Below, in pieces: positions 12,240 to 25,600 of a stretch of 64,000 bases of DNA (position 1 is the stretch's first letter; every line of letters begins with the position of its first letter). The DNA lies in contig NC_068988.1 of assembly GCF_001194135.2 (NCBI RefSeq), forward strand, positions 81,014,417 through 81,078,416, written 5' to 3'. The position numbers were made by a program, and so were the translations under genes. This DNA is from Octopus bimaculoides. Its lineage: Eukaryota. The notes beneath the pieces were generated by a model. It did no database searches. It was not told the DNA's origin and saw only the letters and a list, made by a program, of their open reading frames with translations.

Positions 12240-13658
12240 GTTATTGAAAAAAGGCTAGTGCAAATAAGAAATAAATCTACCCAGTGTAAGCTATGGACAC
12301 ATAAGAGGTGCAGCAATATCAAAGGAGGGCTAACTAGCAAGATAGTTTTTGTATGTGGCAGATGCTCAGGAGCAATAAACACTGAGAATGTGCAGAAAAC
12401 AACCTTTACCACACTCCAGGGAGAAAAACTACAAGTAGTCGATAGCTTCCGCTACATAGGTGACCAAGTTTGTAGCTGCTAGAATAAGAATAGCCTGGAC
12501 AAAGTTTAAAGAGCTCTTACCTCTTTTGGTGACAAAGGGCCTCTCACTCAGAGTAAAAGGCAGACTGTATGATGCATGTGTACGAACAGCCATGCTACAT
12601 GGCAGTGAAACATGGGCCATGACTGCTGAGGACATGCGTAAGCTTGCAAGAAAAGAAGCCAGTATGCTCTGATGGATGTGTAATAAGTGTGCATACTCGA
12701 AAAAGTGTAAGTACCTTGAGAGAAAAGTTAGACCTAAGAAGCATCAGTTGTAGTGTGCAAGAGAGACGATTGCGTTGGTATGGTCACATGGCGAGAATGG
12801 ATGAAGATAGCTGTGTGAAAAAGTGCCACACCCTAGCAGTTGAGGGAACCTGTGGAAGAGGTAGACCCAGGAAGACCTGAGATGAGGTGGTGAAGCACGA
12901 CCAGTGACAGGGACCTTTGGAAATATGCTGTATGTGAGAAGACCCGGCAAGGCAGGTGAGAGCATAATCTGTGATCTCTGCCAGAAGTGTAGCCAGCTCA
13001 CTAATCCGTATCTTTACTTTATTGGACACTAAAAACCCTGCTTGCGAAGACCTGCTGAGGCAAGTGAATTGGAATTTGAAATTTGAAATCTGNNNNNNNN
13101 NNNNNNNNNNNNNNNNNNNNNNNNNNNNNNNNNNNNNNNNNNNNNNNNNNNNNNNNNNNNNNNNNNNNNNNNNNNNNNNNNNNNNNNNNNNNNNNNNNNN
13201 NNNNNNNNNNNNNNNNNNNNNNNNNNNNNNNNNNNNNNNNNNNNNNNNNNNNNNNNNNNNNNNNNNNNNNNNNNNNNNNNNNNNNNNNNNNNNNNNNNNN
13301 NNNNNNNNNNNNNNNNNNNNNNNNNNNNNNNNNNNAGCACTTGTATTGGTGGCATGTAAAATCATTTGAGCGAGGTCGTTGCCAGTGCCGCTGGACTGGC
13401 TCCCGTGCAGGTGGCACATAAAAAACACCTTTTTGAGCGTGGTCATTGCCAGTACCGTGTGACTGGCCCTCGTGCCGGTGGCACGTAAAAGCACCCACTA
13501 CACTCTTGGAGTGGTTGGCGTTAGGAAGGGCATCCAGCTGTAGAAACTCTGCCAGATCAGATTGGAGCCTGGTGCAGCCTTCTGGCTTGTCAGTCCTCAG
13601 TCAAATCGTCCAGCCCATGCTAGCATGGAAAGCAGATGTTAAACGATGATGATGATGA
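12240..13658 (+). mobile_element. 5'-truncated RTE-clade LINE (late RT region, C-terminus, 3'UTR, (GAT)n tail), spanning an N gap
   Basis: Broken ORFs give LQVVDSFRYIGD, RIRIAWTKFKELLPLL, MLHGSETW, RRLRWYGHMARM and GRGRPRKT, all typical RTE motifs. The 3'UTR ends ggaaagcagatgttaaacgatgatgatgatgat at 13658. Confidence 0.92.
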
Positions 13659-13764
13659 TTAGGAAAATATAAAGTTATTAGTGTCAGCAGAAATTTTTTA
13701 GAACTGATAAAATTGATAGTTTTATTTAAGCAGTTTATTACATACATATACAGACATATAATAT

Positions 13765-15200
13765 AGAGAACAACTGGAAATTCCTATGAAACATGTTGAG
13801 AATCACTGAACAAATTTCTGGCTGGTGCCAAGCCCCAACCAGACATTGGGTGACATGGTGGTGGAATAGTGTAGTAGACCAGGCCATTAAAGTAAAGAAA
13901 CAAGCCTGGAAGGGTGGCATTTGCAAAGGACTATATTAGGTAGCTAGAAGGAAAGTTAGGAGGTAGGTATACTTAGCCAGAGAAGAAGCAGAAAGGAAGA
14001 AATTTGTCAGTGTTCTGTGGCATGAGGATTAGCGGCTTGAGGTGTTTTGGTTTGCAAGACAGTATGTCAGGGAAAATTCTGATGTTGTAGTTTGCATGGA
14101 TGATGGTTCACTTGCCATTAGTGACTCTGCAAAGAAAGAGGCTTGGAAGTGTGTGCTACTATGAAAGGCTGTTTAATGTTGAGAACACACGAGAGAAGGA
14201 AAGTCTGCCTATTGTGGATCCAACAGGTGGACCTGCTATCTGAATAGACAGTAGCTTGGTAGATAAAGCAATTAAGGATATGAAGACAGGGAAAGCCCCT
14301 GGTCCATCAGAAATTACTGCTGAGATGCTTAAAATACCTGGTGGGGTGGATATGGTCTAGTCACCTGTATACTTAATCAGGTCGTTCACTAGGTAGTCAT
14401 AACAATGGCTGGTATAGCAGCATTATAGCCAACTACCTGGGGTGATGCTTAGAAGTAGTAGATAGCTTCTGTTACCTTCCGTCAGCAGTGGAGGAGGATG
14501 CTCAGAGAGCATAGCTGCTTGAATAAGAATGGGCTGGGAAAAGTTCAGAGAGTTTCTACCTTTGTTGGTAACAAAGGGCCTCTCTCTTAGAGTGAAAGGC
14601 AGATTGTATGATGCCTGTGTGCAAACAGCAGTGCTACATGGCAGTGAAACATGGGTTGTGACTGCAGAGGACATGTGAAGGCTTGAAAGAAATGAAGCTA
14701 GTATACTCTGCTGGATGTGCAATGTCAGTGTGCATGTGTGACGGTGTAGGTATCTTAAGAGAGAAAAACTGGGTATAAGAGGCATCAGATATGGTGTGCA
14801 AGAGAGAAGACTATGCTGGTATGACCTTGTGATGTGTATGGACGAAGACTGCTGTATAAAGGAGTGCTGACTTCTAAGTGTGGAGGGAACATGTGGAAGA
14901 AGTAGACCCATGAAGATGTGGGATGAGGTGGTGAAATATCATCTTTGGATGCTGAGACTTGGTGATTTGCTGTGCTTGAGAAGACCTGTCAAGTGAAGTG
15001 AAATTGTAGTCTTGGCCAGTGCTGGTGACATGTGCAAGGCACCCAGTACACTTTATGGATTGGTTGGTATTAGAAAGGGTATCCACCAATTAAAAACAAA
15101 GCCAAACCAGACTAGTGCCTGGTTCAGCTCTTTGGTTTACCAATTCCAGGCAAACTGTCAAACCTATGTCAGTATGCAAAAAAGACACTAAATGAAGATG
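13765..15200 (+). mobile_element. Older RTE LINE copy with the RT core internally deleted
   Basis: TWWWNSVVDQAIKVKKQAW and KAPGPSEITAEMLK (EN-RT linker) are joined near 14445-14455 directly to LEVVDSFCY, followed by RIRMGWEKFREFLPLL and LHGSETW. A degenerate 3' tail ends near 15200. Confidence 0.85.
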
Positions 15201-15551
15201 AGTTTACTGTTCCATTAAGGTAAGATCAACAAAAAATGTGGTTATGCAGGTTTTGTAATGTGCCATGGGTCTCCAAGCAATCTTCAGCCTCTGTGCAAAT
15301 GGCTTGTTCTATTTGAAAATCAGGACACGGGGGCATGAGAAACCATGAGAAAAAAAAAATGAGAAGGCTGATACAAAAAGTTGAATGGGAAGACAAAAGG
15401 GTAATAAAAGCAGAAAAAGGAAGGAAAGAAATGAAATTGGATACATTCCTTTTGACTGTAGGAGTTATAAATTAGACTAATTGTTGTTGAATAATTCAGC
15501 AGAAAGGGATCCAAGTGAGTCAGTTGCTCAATCTGGAGTGGATGGTACCCT

Positions 15552-15740
15552 TCAGTTTGTGAAAATAGATTTGTCCATATGCTTGCATTTGCTGAAAATT
15601 TCAGATCTGGAATTTAGTGCAGCAGAATTCTTGGATCTAAAAAGAATATGTGATCTTTCAGTTATGCATAAGCTGCATTTCTTAGATTCATTTATATATG
15701 GCATGGATTTCTCTATGATTCTCCTTGATTGTATGTAGTG
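15552..15740 (-). mobile_element. Penelope-like element GIY-YIG endonuclease C-terminal fragment
   Basis: Minus frame RIIEKSMPYINESKKCSLCITERSHILFRSKNSAALNSRSEIFSKCKHMDKS matches the PLE pattern I..K..PY....K.C.LC..E...I......LN.RSE....C.H. Confidence 0.75.
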
Positions 15741-15940
15741 TGAACCAGGAGTGTGAGATAAACTCTGTTTTCTATGAAGCTGAAGTCACAACGATACTTC
15801 AAGATAACATAACTGAAAAGAAAAATGAAATGATATATTTTCCCAGGGCATATATGCTTATGTTAAACGATGACAATCATATCTAGTCTGTACAATATGC
15901 TTAAGTGGTTTCTTGCTGCCTTCTCTATAAGAAATTACTT

Positions 15941-16154
15941 GTAACCCTTTTGTTACCAACTTGCCTAAGACTGCTCTTGGTTCTCTGACAACTGCTTTGA
16001 TTTTAAATTATCAAGTTTCATAAAAATTTCAAGCTAATTTATATTCCAAATACCAATTTAGAAATGGCTGTTATTTCATGGAATTCTTTATTTTCAGAAT
16101 TAATTGAAGCTAAGGCTGTGTATTTCATCAGAAATGTGGTAACAGAAGGGTTAA
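15941..16154. mobile_element. piggyBac-like MITE (TTAA-CCCTTTTGTTACC...GGTAACA-AAGGG-TTAA)
   Basis: Termini gtaacccttttgttacc and ggtaacagaagggttaa are inverted. Related copies at 26154-26376 and about 57770-57976. Confidence 0.7.
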
Positions 16155-17159
16155 TGTGTTTAGAGAAATAGCAGTTGTAATGTTTTTACTTTTCCCACAG
16201 GTATTAGTAATAGTTGGGTTATGGGACTGCTGATGACATTTAAATGTATGAGATAGTTATAACACAAATATGTCAATGTAAATGTTATTCATAAGGGTAA
16301 AAGAATTTCTAATATTTTGCTTTGTTGAAAATTAGAGCAAGATTTAGAAATATATTTTTTATAGAATTCTAGTTTGTTAGGTTTTGTACTTTAAAATTAT
16401 TTGCTAAATACTAACATTTTATTTTTCTCTATTGTATTTTCTTACTTACCAGTTTTAACGTTTAGAAATATGGCATCATCACCTAAGATTAGGTTTTGGG
16501 ATTCATTTGTGCCACATTTCCTGCTAATAACATCTGTGGAAGATGTGGAACATCTTATAATAATTCTGCTTCTCGTTGTAATACTTAGTCCGTCAGTAAT
16601 GCTTTCATGTGGTTAGAGAAAAAGAGGGAGATAGAAGCAGCCATGATGTGAGGTAGAGCGAATGTAATTGTAACACTTTCATGTGATTAGTTGAAGGGAA
16701 AGAGAAGAGAAAAAAAGGAAAGAGAAAAAGAGGATCAGGCAAAGAGTGAGACAGAAAGTGAAAGAGAGAAGTGTCCATAATATGAGGTAGGGGGAACGTA
16801 ATATTTATTACGTGTTTAACAAAAGTTAGTTGAAGGTAGAGGAGTAAAGTTAGAAATATAATTTTAGCAGAGGGGTGATGTTCTGATGGTGAGGTTAAAG
16901 AAAGGCAGAGAGAACGGGGGTAGAGAGAGAGAGATTGGACAGTGAAAAGTGTATTTTTTTAATTGAATTAAGTTTTTTATATCACCTATCACTTAACACA
17001 TGTGTATGAGTGCACTTCCGCTTATTTATATGGAAAACTAAAGGTTGTGTCACATATACAGGATATATTTATTTTGTTTATGGGAAAAATAAGAGTAAAT
17101 ATTTATTTTATGAGTGCTCTCTATTAAGTTTATAAAATTGTGTATAAAGTATATAAAGT

Positions 17160-17320
17160 GCACTCAGTTCACTCTGTCAGTGGTTGGTGCTAGGAAGGGC
17201 ATCCAACCAAAAAAATCATGCCAAAACAGCCACTGAAGCCTGGTGCAGTTTTCCGCCTACCTAGCTTCTGTCAAATTCAACCCATGCCAGCATGGAGAGC
17301 AGACATTAAATGATGATGAT
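17160..17320 (+). mobile_element. RTE LINE 3'-end fragment
   Basis: tggttgg..taggaagggcatcca...catgccagcatgga...ttaaatgatgatgat, the same tail as 13500-13658. Confidence 0.85.
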
Positions 17321-18696
17321 CTGCATCACTATAATTAAAGGCCAATTTCCATACTATTGTGTTAAAAGGGTCAGCTGATTAATCTCTCTCTCTCTCATGC
17401 CCTCATTTTTGCTCTCTCCACTCCCATAGGTCACCAGTCTTTTTGTGTCTTATTTGCAATGTCACTTATCAGTTACTCACTGGCAACATTCTTCACTTTC
17501 CCCATCCACTTTGTCATGCATTTTCATAACATATTCTTTATGGAAAAACAAAAACAAAATATTTACACAGTCAGCATTTAAATTAGTCATTAGTATTATC
17601 ATAACTTCCATTCTGATGAGCATAGCTTCATGTAATTATAATGTAGTTAATTCAAAACAAAACATTTACTTCATTTTTTATCCACTTCTGTGAGGCTTTC
17701 ATTATTCATTTTCCCACAATGTATTTTCATCCAAACAACAGGGCTATTGGGTCGTTTGTCCACAAAGCACCCTCAGTTTTTAGTATTGATGTATATGTAA
17801 TTATCAGTTTATTAATTATTTGGAGGTTCAGTTTCTTTCTAATGACATCAACTTAGAATTTTTCTCCAATAAGGAGCTAAAGGCAGCTACAGTCCTTTCA
17901 AGTAAGTGCAAACTGGGTGAAGTTACACAAATCATTGAGGTTAGTTAATGACTCAGCTATGTTTAATACTCTGCGTTAAACATCATTTCTTTTTAACTGG
18001 GTTAAACTTTATCCTTTTCTGTCCATCAAATTTTTCCAGTGGTTCTCAACTTCCCCAAACAATAAAACATTCAGAAATCTGGGTTTGTTGTTTGACACTT
18101 GAAAAAAAAATTACAATATTTAAGTGTTAAGCACAATTTGTAGAGAGTTTGTGGGGGAAATGGTTGGTATAAGTATCTAATAGGGGTCTGCAAGTTGTGT
18201 GAAAACATAACTGTTCTCTCTTTAGCTCAGTTGTGGATTTCTTTTCTTGAGAGATGTACAGTTTTATTGTAGTGAAAACAACTGGGTTATCTTTGTTCCT
18301 GTTTATATAGATTCTCTGTAGCAAGTATTGAGGTTGTGTGTAAATGAGGCAGATCTGTGGAATGCAACAAGGAATGAGGATTGTGTCATTTACATGGGAG
18401 AGAGAATGTATCAACACATACACTGTTCATAGAAGCTTGTTTTAGAGCAGTGAGATGCTGAAAGTAGAAGTAGGCCTACAGCTAATAGGGTTGAAAAGGT
18501 TGCCTTCTTTCATAGAGAGCTAAGGATGATGTAACACTGGCATTACAATATTTGAAAGAAACAGCAGGTACACTATTTGGTTTAGTTTTAGTACTGAAGT
18601 TACATTTGACAGCTGCATACATGTATGAGTTAGAGCCCTGGAGAAGTTTGTGTATTCAAATGCAAGGTGTCATTGGAAGGAAAACAGACATATGAC

Positions 18697-19190
18697 AGTG
18701 AATACTTGTGTTGCTTGTCCATGGATGATTTCCTGCAAATGTTTTATGTTATTATTTCATGGTGTTTGTGCAGCTGCAACATAGATTACTGTACAATAAT
18801 AATTACGTAGTACTAAATTACGGGATTGAGGCATACAGAACCTAATAGCTGTCTGTAGATGTATCCGGTTTAAAGAAGACCAGCTGAGAGGACTTAGTAA
18901 GGTTAAGCTAAAATCCTTTTGGCAACAGATCAGACATTGTGACTGCAGTTAGTGAGGACTGAGAGTTTCCTGGAGGCCATATGTTACATGAAAGTATCTT
19001 TTGATCTTTTGCAATTATCTTGAGTTTTATTTGCAAGTGAATACTTCTGTGTTGCTTGTCCATGGATGATTTCCTGCAAATGTTTTATGTTATTATTTCA
19101 TGGTGTTTGTGCAGCTGCAACATAGATTACTGTACAATAATAATTACGTAGTACTAAATTACGGGATTGAGGCATACAGAACCTAATAGC
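18697..19190 (+). repeat. Near-identical 153/155-bp direct repeat (18697-18849 and 19036-19190)
   Basis: The copies differ only by a 2-nt CT indel near the start. The spacer is about 186 bp of unique sequence. Confidence 0.92.
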
Positions 19191-19530
19191 CTCTCTTCTT
19201 TGTTACCCATTTAGCTGCCTCAGATTATGTCTAAAAGATATTACTGTCATAGAAATTTAGCTTAAAATTAGTGGAAACCTAATTAATTAGCTAATTGGTG
19301 GTGTGGAACTAGGATCATTGTAATATACTATTTTGAATGTGATGCAAATAATGAAGCAATTAGGATATAGGTGAAAAAGATATTGAGATTAGAAGTTGGT
19401 TTTTGTAATGAGGAAAAGATTTACTGTTGTTACTAAAACATATTTACAACAGAATAAGAGATTACAAACATATAAAAGCAAATTGTAGTTAAAAAATTTT
19501 GTATCATTCACACACACACACACACACTTC

Positions 19531-19770
19531 TCATCTCCATCATTTATTGTCTGTTTTCCATGTTGGCATGGGTTAAATGGTTTGACTGGAGTTGGTAAAC
19601 CAGGGGCCACACCAGGCTCTATTGTCTGTTTTGGCATGGTTTCTGCAGTTGGATGCCCTTCCTAAGGCCAACCACTCTACAGTGTACTAGGTGTTTTTAA
19701 TGATACCAACACCAGTGCTTCTAATGTGAAACCAGCATGAGTGCTTTTTATGTAGCACCAGCACATATAT
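19531..19770 (-). mobile_element. RTE LINE 3'-end fragment, reverse orientation
   Basis: ttccatgttggcatgggtt...ttggatgcccttcctaaggccaaccac is the reverse complement of the RTE tail. Confidence 0.85.
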
Positions 19771-20919
19771 ATATATAATAACCAGCTGTGGACATGACAT
19801 TTTGTGGGTAGAATTGGTAGACTGATACTGCCTAGAAACCTGTCCTGTGAGTGTTTGTGCTTGCATTGTTTGTCTTTGCATGACAGTTTGAGCAAAAATT
19901 GGTGGTCATGTTTATGACTCTTGTAAACAATACATACTGTGACTCTGCTTCATGTGAAGGCAAGTGAAATATAAATGAAGAGCATCTGGTTATAAAACAA
20001 TGCCCCAAATAAGTGTTTGTTCAAGCCCTGCTTGAGTTGAGAAGTTGGCATACAAATAAATGAGTATGTATAATAATTTCACTTAAATTCCATCATTCTG
20101 TCTCTGTCTCTCTCTCATATATCATGTATCATATACTTGTCACCACTCTGTTCCTGTAATCAACCTCCTTACCAATAAGCAACATGTGGTTGCCTATCAC
20201 AGATTGTCTTCCATTACTACCTCCTCTATCACCCTGTTTTCTCTCTTTTACCTTTCTCTTATCTATTAACCCTCTCAATTATGTTACTTTGAATGGACAG
20301 AAAAAGTTTGGGAGATCTCTATAGTCTTGTAGGTAATATGGCAACCTCTCTGATTAGTAAACAAAGACATTTTCAGATAAAAGGACCTTTGATCATTGTA
20401 AGGACAAAACAGGCTCTATAAAGCTTCTGTTCTGATGATAAGCATGCAGTATTCTCTGTAAAATCATTGGATTTGGGAATTGTATCTAGCTATAGAAATT
20501 CAGTCAAGAATGGATCCTTCAAGTGAGTTGTAATCGCTAACACGTGTAACATGTCACTCCAAATAAGATTGACTTGTATAGGGAACCCATCCAGCATGGG
20601 AATAGGCATAAAATAATATAGTATCTATAATAATGATAATACTGTTATTATTATATATACACAGACATGCAAGAAGTAAATAGACACCTTTTGTTTTCAA
20701 GAGACAATCACAAAGCTTATCACTTTAATGCCAAAAAGAGTTTCTGAATTAAAAACTGCAAAAAGAATGTCAACTAAATTCTTAAGTATGTAATCCTACC
20801 TAACAATTACATTTCAATTATTTGCTTTGCGTATGAAATAAGATTTTGAAAATTAAAGGTGTCTATTTACTTCCTGCATGTCTGTGTATTTATGTGTGTG
20901 TGTGTGTGTGTGAGTTATT

Positions 20920-21085
20920 TGGTGACCCTGCTGGTGCCATGTAAAAAACACCCAGTCCATTCTAAGGTGGTTGGCATCCAGTTATAAAACCCATGCCAAA
21001 ACAGACAGTCCTTTGGCTTGCCAGCTCCTGTCAGACTGTTCAACCCATGCTAACATATCAAATAGATGTTAAGTGATGATGATAT
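20920..21085 (+). mobile_element. RTE LINE 3'-end fragment
   Basis: ctggtgccatgtaaaaaacacccag...gttcaacccatgctaaca...gttaagtgatgatgat. Confidence 0.8.
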
Positions 21086-21782
21086 ATAGTAATCCCTCGC
21101 CATATGGTGTCTTGCATTTACAATAAAATAAATATATACAAATTATAAAATTAATTTTTGAAAATATACAGTACTGTTTCTACTTCATGAATTTTCACCT
21201 ATTGTGGAGGGTTTTGGAACATAACACACATGATATTCTTTTAATGCCTGTAGTCAGCTTTTGTTGTACAGTAAGAAAGTTTTCTTTTTATTCCACTTGT
21301 CATCACAAGTTGAAAGTTCTTGAGCTACAAGATGTACTGTCCACTGTGGGTGTGTGAGTGCAATCACCACTTTTGCTTGTCACACAATGTAAACATTCAT
21401 ATGCACACTCACATTTACGTGTGTGTGTGTGTGTGTGTGCACTCGTTTACAAAGACAACAGGTTTTGTTTTCCACTTTCTGTTTACAAATTTTACTCAGT
21501 TATGGTTAGCCTGAAGTTGTTGTGAAAGATACTTACCCAACGTAAGGTACCATGAAAAAAAAATGCACCCAGTACACTCTGTAAACTGGTTGGCTCTACG
21601 AGCAGCATCAGCCTACAATCAAGATTTGAATACTGAATTCAAATCCTGTCAAGGACAACTTTGCTTTTCATTTATTCGGGGTTGAGAGAATAAAGTATCA
21701 GTGAAGTACTGAGTTTAATGTAATTGATGAACTCACTGTCCCTAATATTGCCGGCCTTGTGCTCAAGTTTAAGCTATTATTA

Positions 21783-21980
21783 AGGCAATGAGCTGGCAGA
21801 CTCATTAGCTTATTGAACAGAATTCATAGTGGCGTTTCTTCCAGCTCTTTATGTTTCAAGTTCATGTACCACTGAAGTTAGCTTTACCTTTTATCCTTTC
21901 AGGGTTGATAAAATAACCCCCAGTTGAGCACTGGGGGTTAGTGTGACTGAATGATCCCTTTCCCCTAAAATTGAACCCAT
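21783..21980 (+). mobile_element. tRNA-derived SINE (aaggc..gagctggcaga head)
   Basis: A-box-like head and core ttatcctttcagggttgataaaataa...cagttgagcactggggg. Related copies at 58605-58800 (+), 35500-35660 (-) and 52590-52770 (-). Confidence 0.7.
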
Positions 21981-23659
21981 TATTGTATTTTCTATCGTGC
22001 AAGTTCAGTGCTGGTTACGAATAAATACACAATGTCTTATGCAGTAAACATACAGATGAATATGATGCTGATTGAGCAGAGTTATGATCAAATCATTCTG
22101 GCTATGACCATCTCATCTTCTTTTAAGATGTGTTATATTCCAGACTATGTAATTAATTCTGTCTTGTTTGAACTCTACTAATTTGCTGTTTTTTTTAGCA
22201 GTTTTGAGTGATCATGTCAATGTTCTTTCTTTGACTCATGTTGTTTATTTTTGTCCTTGTTTCTATTTCAAACTACTGAATTGGAATGCTAACCAATCCT
22301 ACCTTGTTTATTTCGTATTCTTTTCTCTCTTTTTATTTAATTATTTATTTTTTCTGCTTAAAAAACAGAAATTAACCTCCTCCCTTCATCTGCACCAAAT
22401 GCCCAAACTCTCCTGTTTATGTATTCATAGCATTTTTCCTTTTTTATAATTATTTATCAGTTTTTTTTTTATTTATATGTAAATTTATACTGAAGTATAA
22501 ATTTATGCTTAAGTAATTTGCTTTCACTTTCAACTTCTGAAAATATATCATTTTCTTTAGACAAAGGATATATAACATAGTAAATGCTACTGTACTGTTG
22601 ATAGGCTATAATAACATAGTTGATACCACTGTACTATTGTGAGGATACATTATTATATCATCAATGAACAAAGATGACTGTGGTGAGAGTTGAATTCAGA
22701 ATATAGTTGGCTGAAACTAAAAATACTGTAGAACATTTTATCCTGCTACTCTGACATATCTCCCTGCTTATTACCCTATACAATTGTAAATCATTATCCA
22801 AAAATTAGTTTGGGTATTTATGTCTGTGTACTCCAGAGCCATGCATATTCTGCATTCCATTCCTACACTTTTTTTAATAGTAATTCTACCAAAAGAATAT
22901 CACTATCCACGTGTCATCAGTTTGTTTCTGTAAAAATACTGATTTTATGGTTTTCAACAACAAAGATAAATTGGATTTTTAAAAATGCAATTTAAGAATT
23001 TTTTTCTTTTATCTACTATTTTTCCCTTTTAATTGTATTTCCCAGAATAGTTAAAATGCATAATTAAGAAATAAGGCTGTTTCTTTTGGCTGACAGTTCA
23101 TATACACACATGCATGCACACACACACACACACACACACACAGCTTGGAACTGGTTTGAACTACTTTCTGCCAACTCTGATTGGTAGCTGTAATTATAAG
23201 TACATCATATGTTAGTTAATAGCCAATAGAAAGCTTACCACCTGGATTCCACCACTGAAGCAGATAAGTAGATGCATAGACTACAGCAGATAGTATTTCC
23301 TTGATTCTGAAGATTGGTCATAGGTTTCCTAGCGTTGTTATTCTTTTCAGCAGCTGTAAAAAGGTACTTTAGTTTTAGTGTCATCATCATAGCAATATGA
23401 CTGGTTTTATAACTTACAATGGCTATATTTTAAATCACAAAGGTAAGTGGTTATTTTAAACATATTTTATTGGAGTTTTAAAAAATAAATTTTGTGCCCC
23501 TTCCCCATTCTTGGGGTTTCCAGTCTTGTGAGCTGCATGATGAGGATTTATTGCTTTAATTTGGATGTTAAACAAAGAACTCCTGATTATATTTTATTGA
23601 ATTTCTCAAATTTCTATCATGAATCTCTGTTTTACATTAGTAACTAAATATGTTACATA

Positions 23660-24079
23660 CTCTCTCTTTTACTCTTTTACTTGTTTCAGTCATTTGACTG
23701 TAGCCATGCTGGAGCACCGCCTTTAGTCGAGCAAATCGACCTCAGGACTGATTCTTTGGAAGCATAGTATTTATTCTATCGGTCTCTTTTGCCGAACTGC
23801 TAAGTTACGGGGACGTAAACACACCAGTATCGGTTGTCAAGCGATGCTGGGGGGATAAACACAGACACACAAACATATACACATACATACATACATACAT
23901 ATATAGACATATATACGACGGGCTTCTTTCAGTTTCCGTCTACCAAATCCGCTCACAAGGCTTTGGTCGGCCTGAGGCTATAGTAGAAGACACTTGCCCA
24001 AGGTGCCACGCAGTGGGACTGAACCCGAAACCATGTGGTTGGTAAGCAAGCTACTTACCACACAGCCACTCCTGCGCCT
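23660..24079 (-). mobile_element. Full-length tRNA-derived SINE with internal microsatellite and (AAAGAGT)n-like tail
   Basis: Reverse complement begins aggcgcaggagtggctgtgtggtaag...gggttcagtcccactgcgtggcaccttgggcaagtgtctt (tRNA A/B boxes plus CORE-like segment). The + strand copy at 62513-62864 is homologous. Confidence 0.9.
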
Positions 24080-24199
24080 ATGTATTTAATTTTCTTTTGT
24101 ATTTAACTTTTATAGAGAAATACTTGATTGAAAATTTCCTTCCTCATCTTTGTTTTTACCTTTTCTTTTTCCTTGCTTTTGCATTGGTCAGATGAGTCC

Positions 24200-24640
24200 T
24201 TCCCAACACAGCATCCCATCACTTGTTGCATTCCTTGGTCATCTTTTTCAGTTTCCTGAGATCATCCCTCATCACTTCTACCCATATCTGCTTTGATCTC
24301 CCTCTTCCACTGGATCCTTCTCCATGAATCTCTAGGCACTTATTCATCCACCTATCATTATCCACATGTATTATATGCCCATACCAGCATACCCGTTGCC
24401 CTTACTATCATTGATTACTTTTATCACTAGTTTTTCTCTGTTCCATCATTCATGGACATTTACATTACACATCCAGCATATCACACTTATTTTTTCTTTC
24501 CAACCTTTGCACCTCCTTTGCATTCAGTGTCTTATGTTTCACTGCCATGCAGCTCTACCATTCATTTGGTTATCATACATTTTATCCTTCATTCAGAGAG
24601 AATCCCATTCTTGTTAGCTGAAGAAATAGAGCTCTGATAG
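24200..24640 (-). mobile_element. Old RTE LINE C-terminal fragment
   Basis: Reverse complement shows decayed LPLL..GFSL, CWMCNVNVH and GRGR-like segments homologous to 12500-12900. Confidence 0.6.
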
Positions 24641-25373
24641 AAAATTTACTTTATCAAAAAACTTAAATAATTCTATAATACCTGTAAGAAATGTGTAGTG
24701 TAAAATGACTTCATTCTAACATATATATGATGCTAGGCCATCACTGAGGATCTTCCCTGGCAAGTACACATCAATGACATACTAAAACTGTATCTCAGTG
24801 AGGGATCTTTCCTTCAAAGCTGCAAAACACTTAAGTCCCCAACAACTGGTAACCCACCAAAAAAGCGCAAGTGAGCTTTTTGATGGATTACCAGTTGGAA
24901 GAGTATTTCTGCTGCTGCACACTCACACATGCATCTTAGATCATGTCCAGAGAAATCACTCACACACTCCAATCTATAATCCACAAGTGTGTTGCTTCCT
25001 CTTTGTCTTTTCTGTTGCTACTACAGTGGCCTTTACTCTTTTGTCACCTTCTCTCATCATGTGGTTAGTGTTGGTGCTGGTGGTAGGGATCTTCTTAGGA
25101 CCTCCATCATACTAATCACAACACCCAGTCTTTTCTTCGTATAACATTGGCCCTTTGGATTGATATGAATTTGGAATTTTCAATATTAACATCAAAAGTT
25201 TTTCTTAGTTTAGCCAGAGGAGGAAGGGCAGTGCCTAAGACTGTTTTCTGGCTTCAGAGACTAGTAGGAGGAAATTATCTTTAGACCAGAGCACGGGATC
25301 TGAATTCTTGCAACAGAACAGATTTAATTAAAAACACCCAAAGAGAAGGAAAAAATGTTACACATCTCAAAAC

Positions 25374-25600
25374 AACCCTTTAGCATTTAAACCAACCATA
25401 TCAAGCCCAAATATTCCACTTGTTTTATGTTCAAACTAGCCAGATCTGGCCTCTCACAACTACCTTACAATGTTATTCTAAAAATAAGCAATCACATTGT
25501 CGAAATCTCAAAGCTATGAGGATATTGCTGGGTTAACTGAAGACAATGTAAATAAATAAACATTACTTTCGACAGGATAATCTGAAAGCTAAAGGGTTAA
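25374..25600. mobile_element. piggyBac-like MITE (AACCCTTTAGCATT...AAGCTAAAGGGTTAA)
   Basis: Inverted termini CCCTTTAGC and GCTAAAGGG, with TTAA at the right end. Confidence 0.7.

Noticed and set aside
18300-18700. Possible RT remnant (SEMLKVEVGL resembles V.VGVHQG)
   Set aside because: It is a single short, weak motif with no supporting neighbours.
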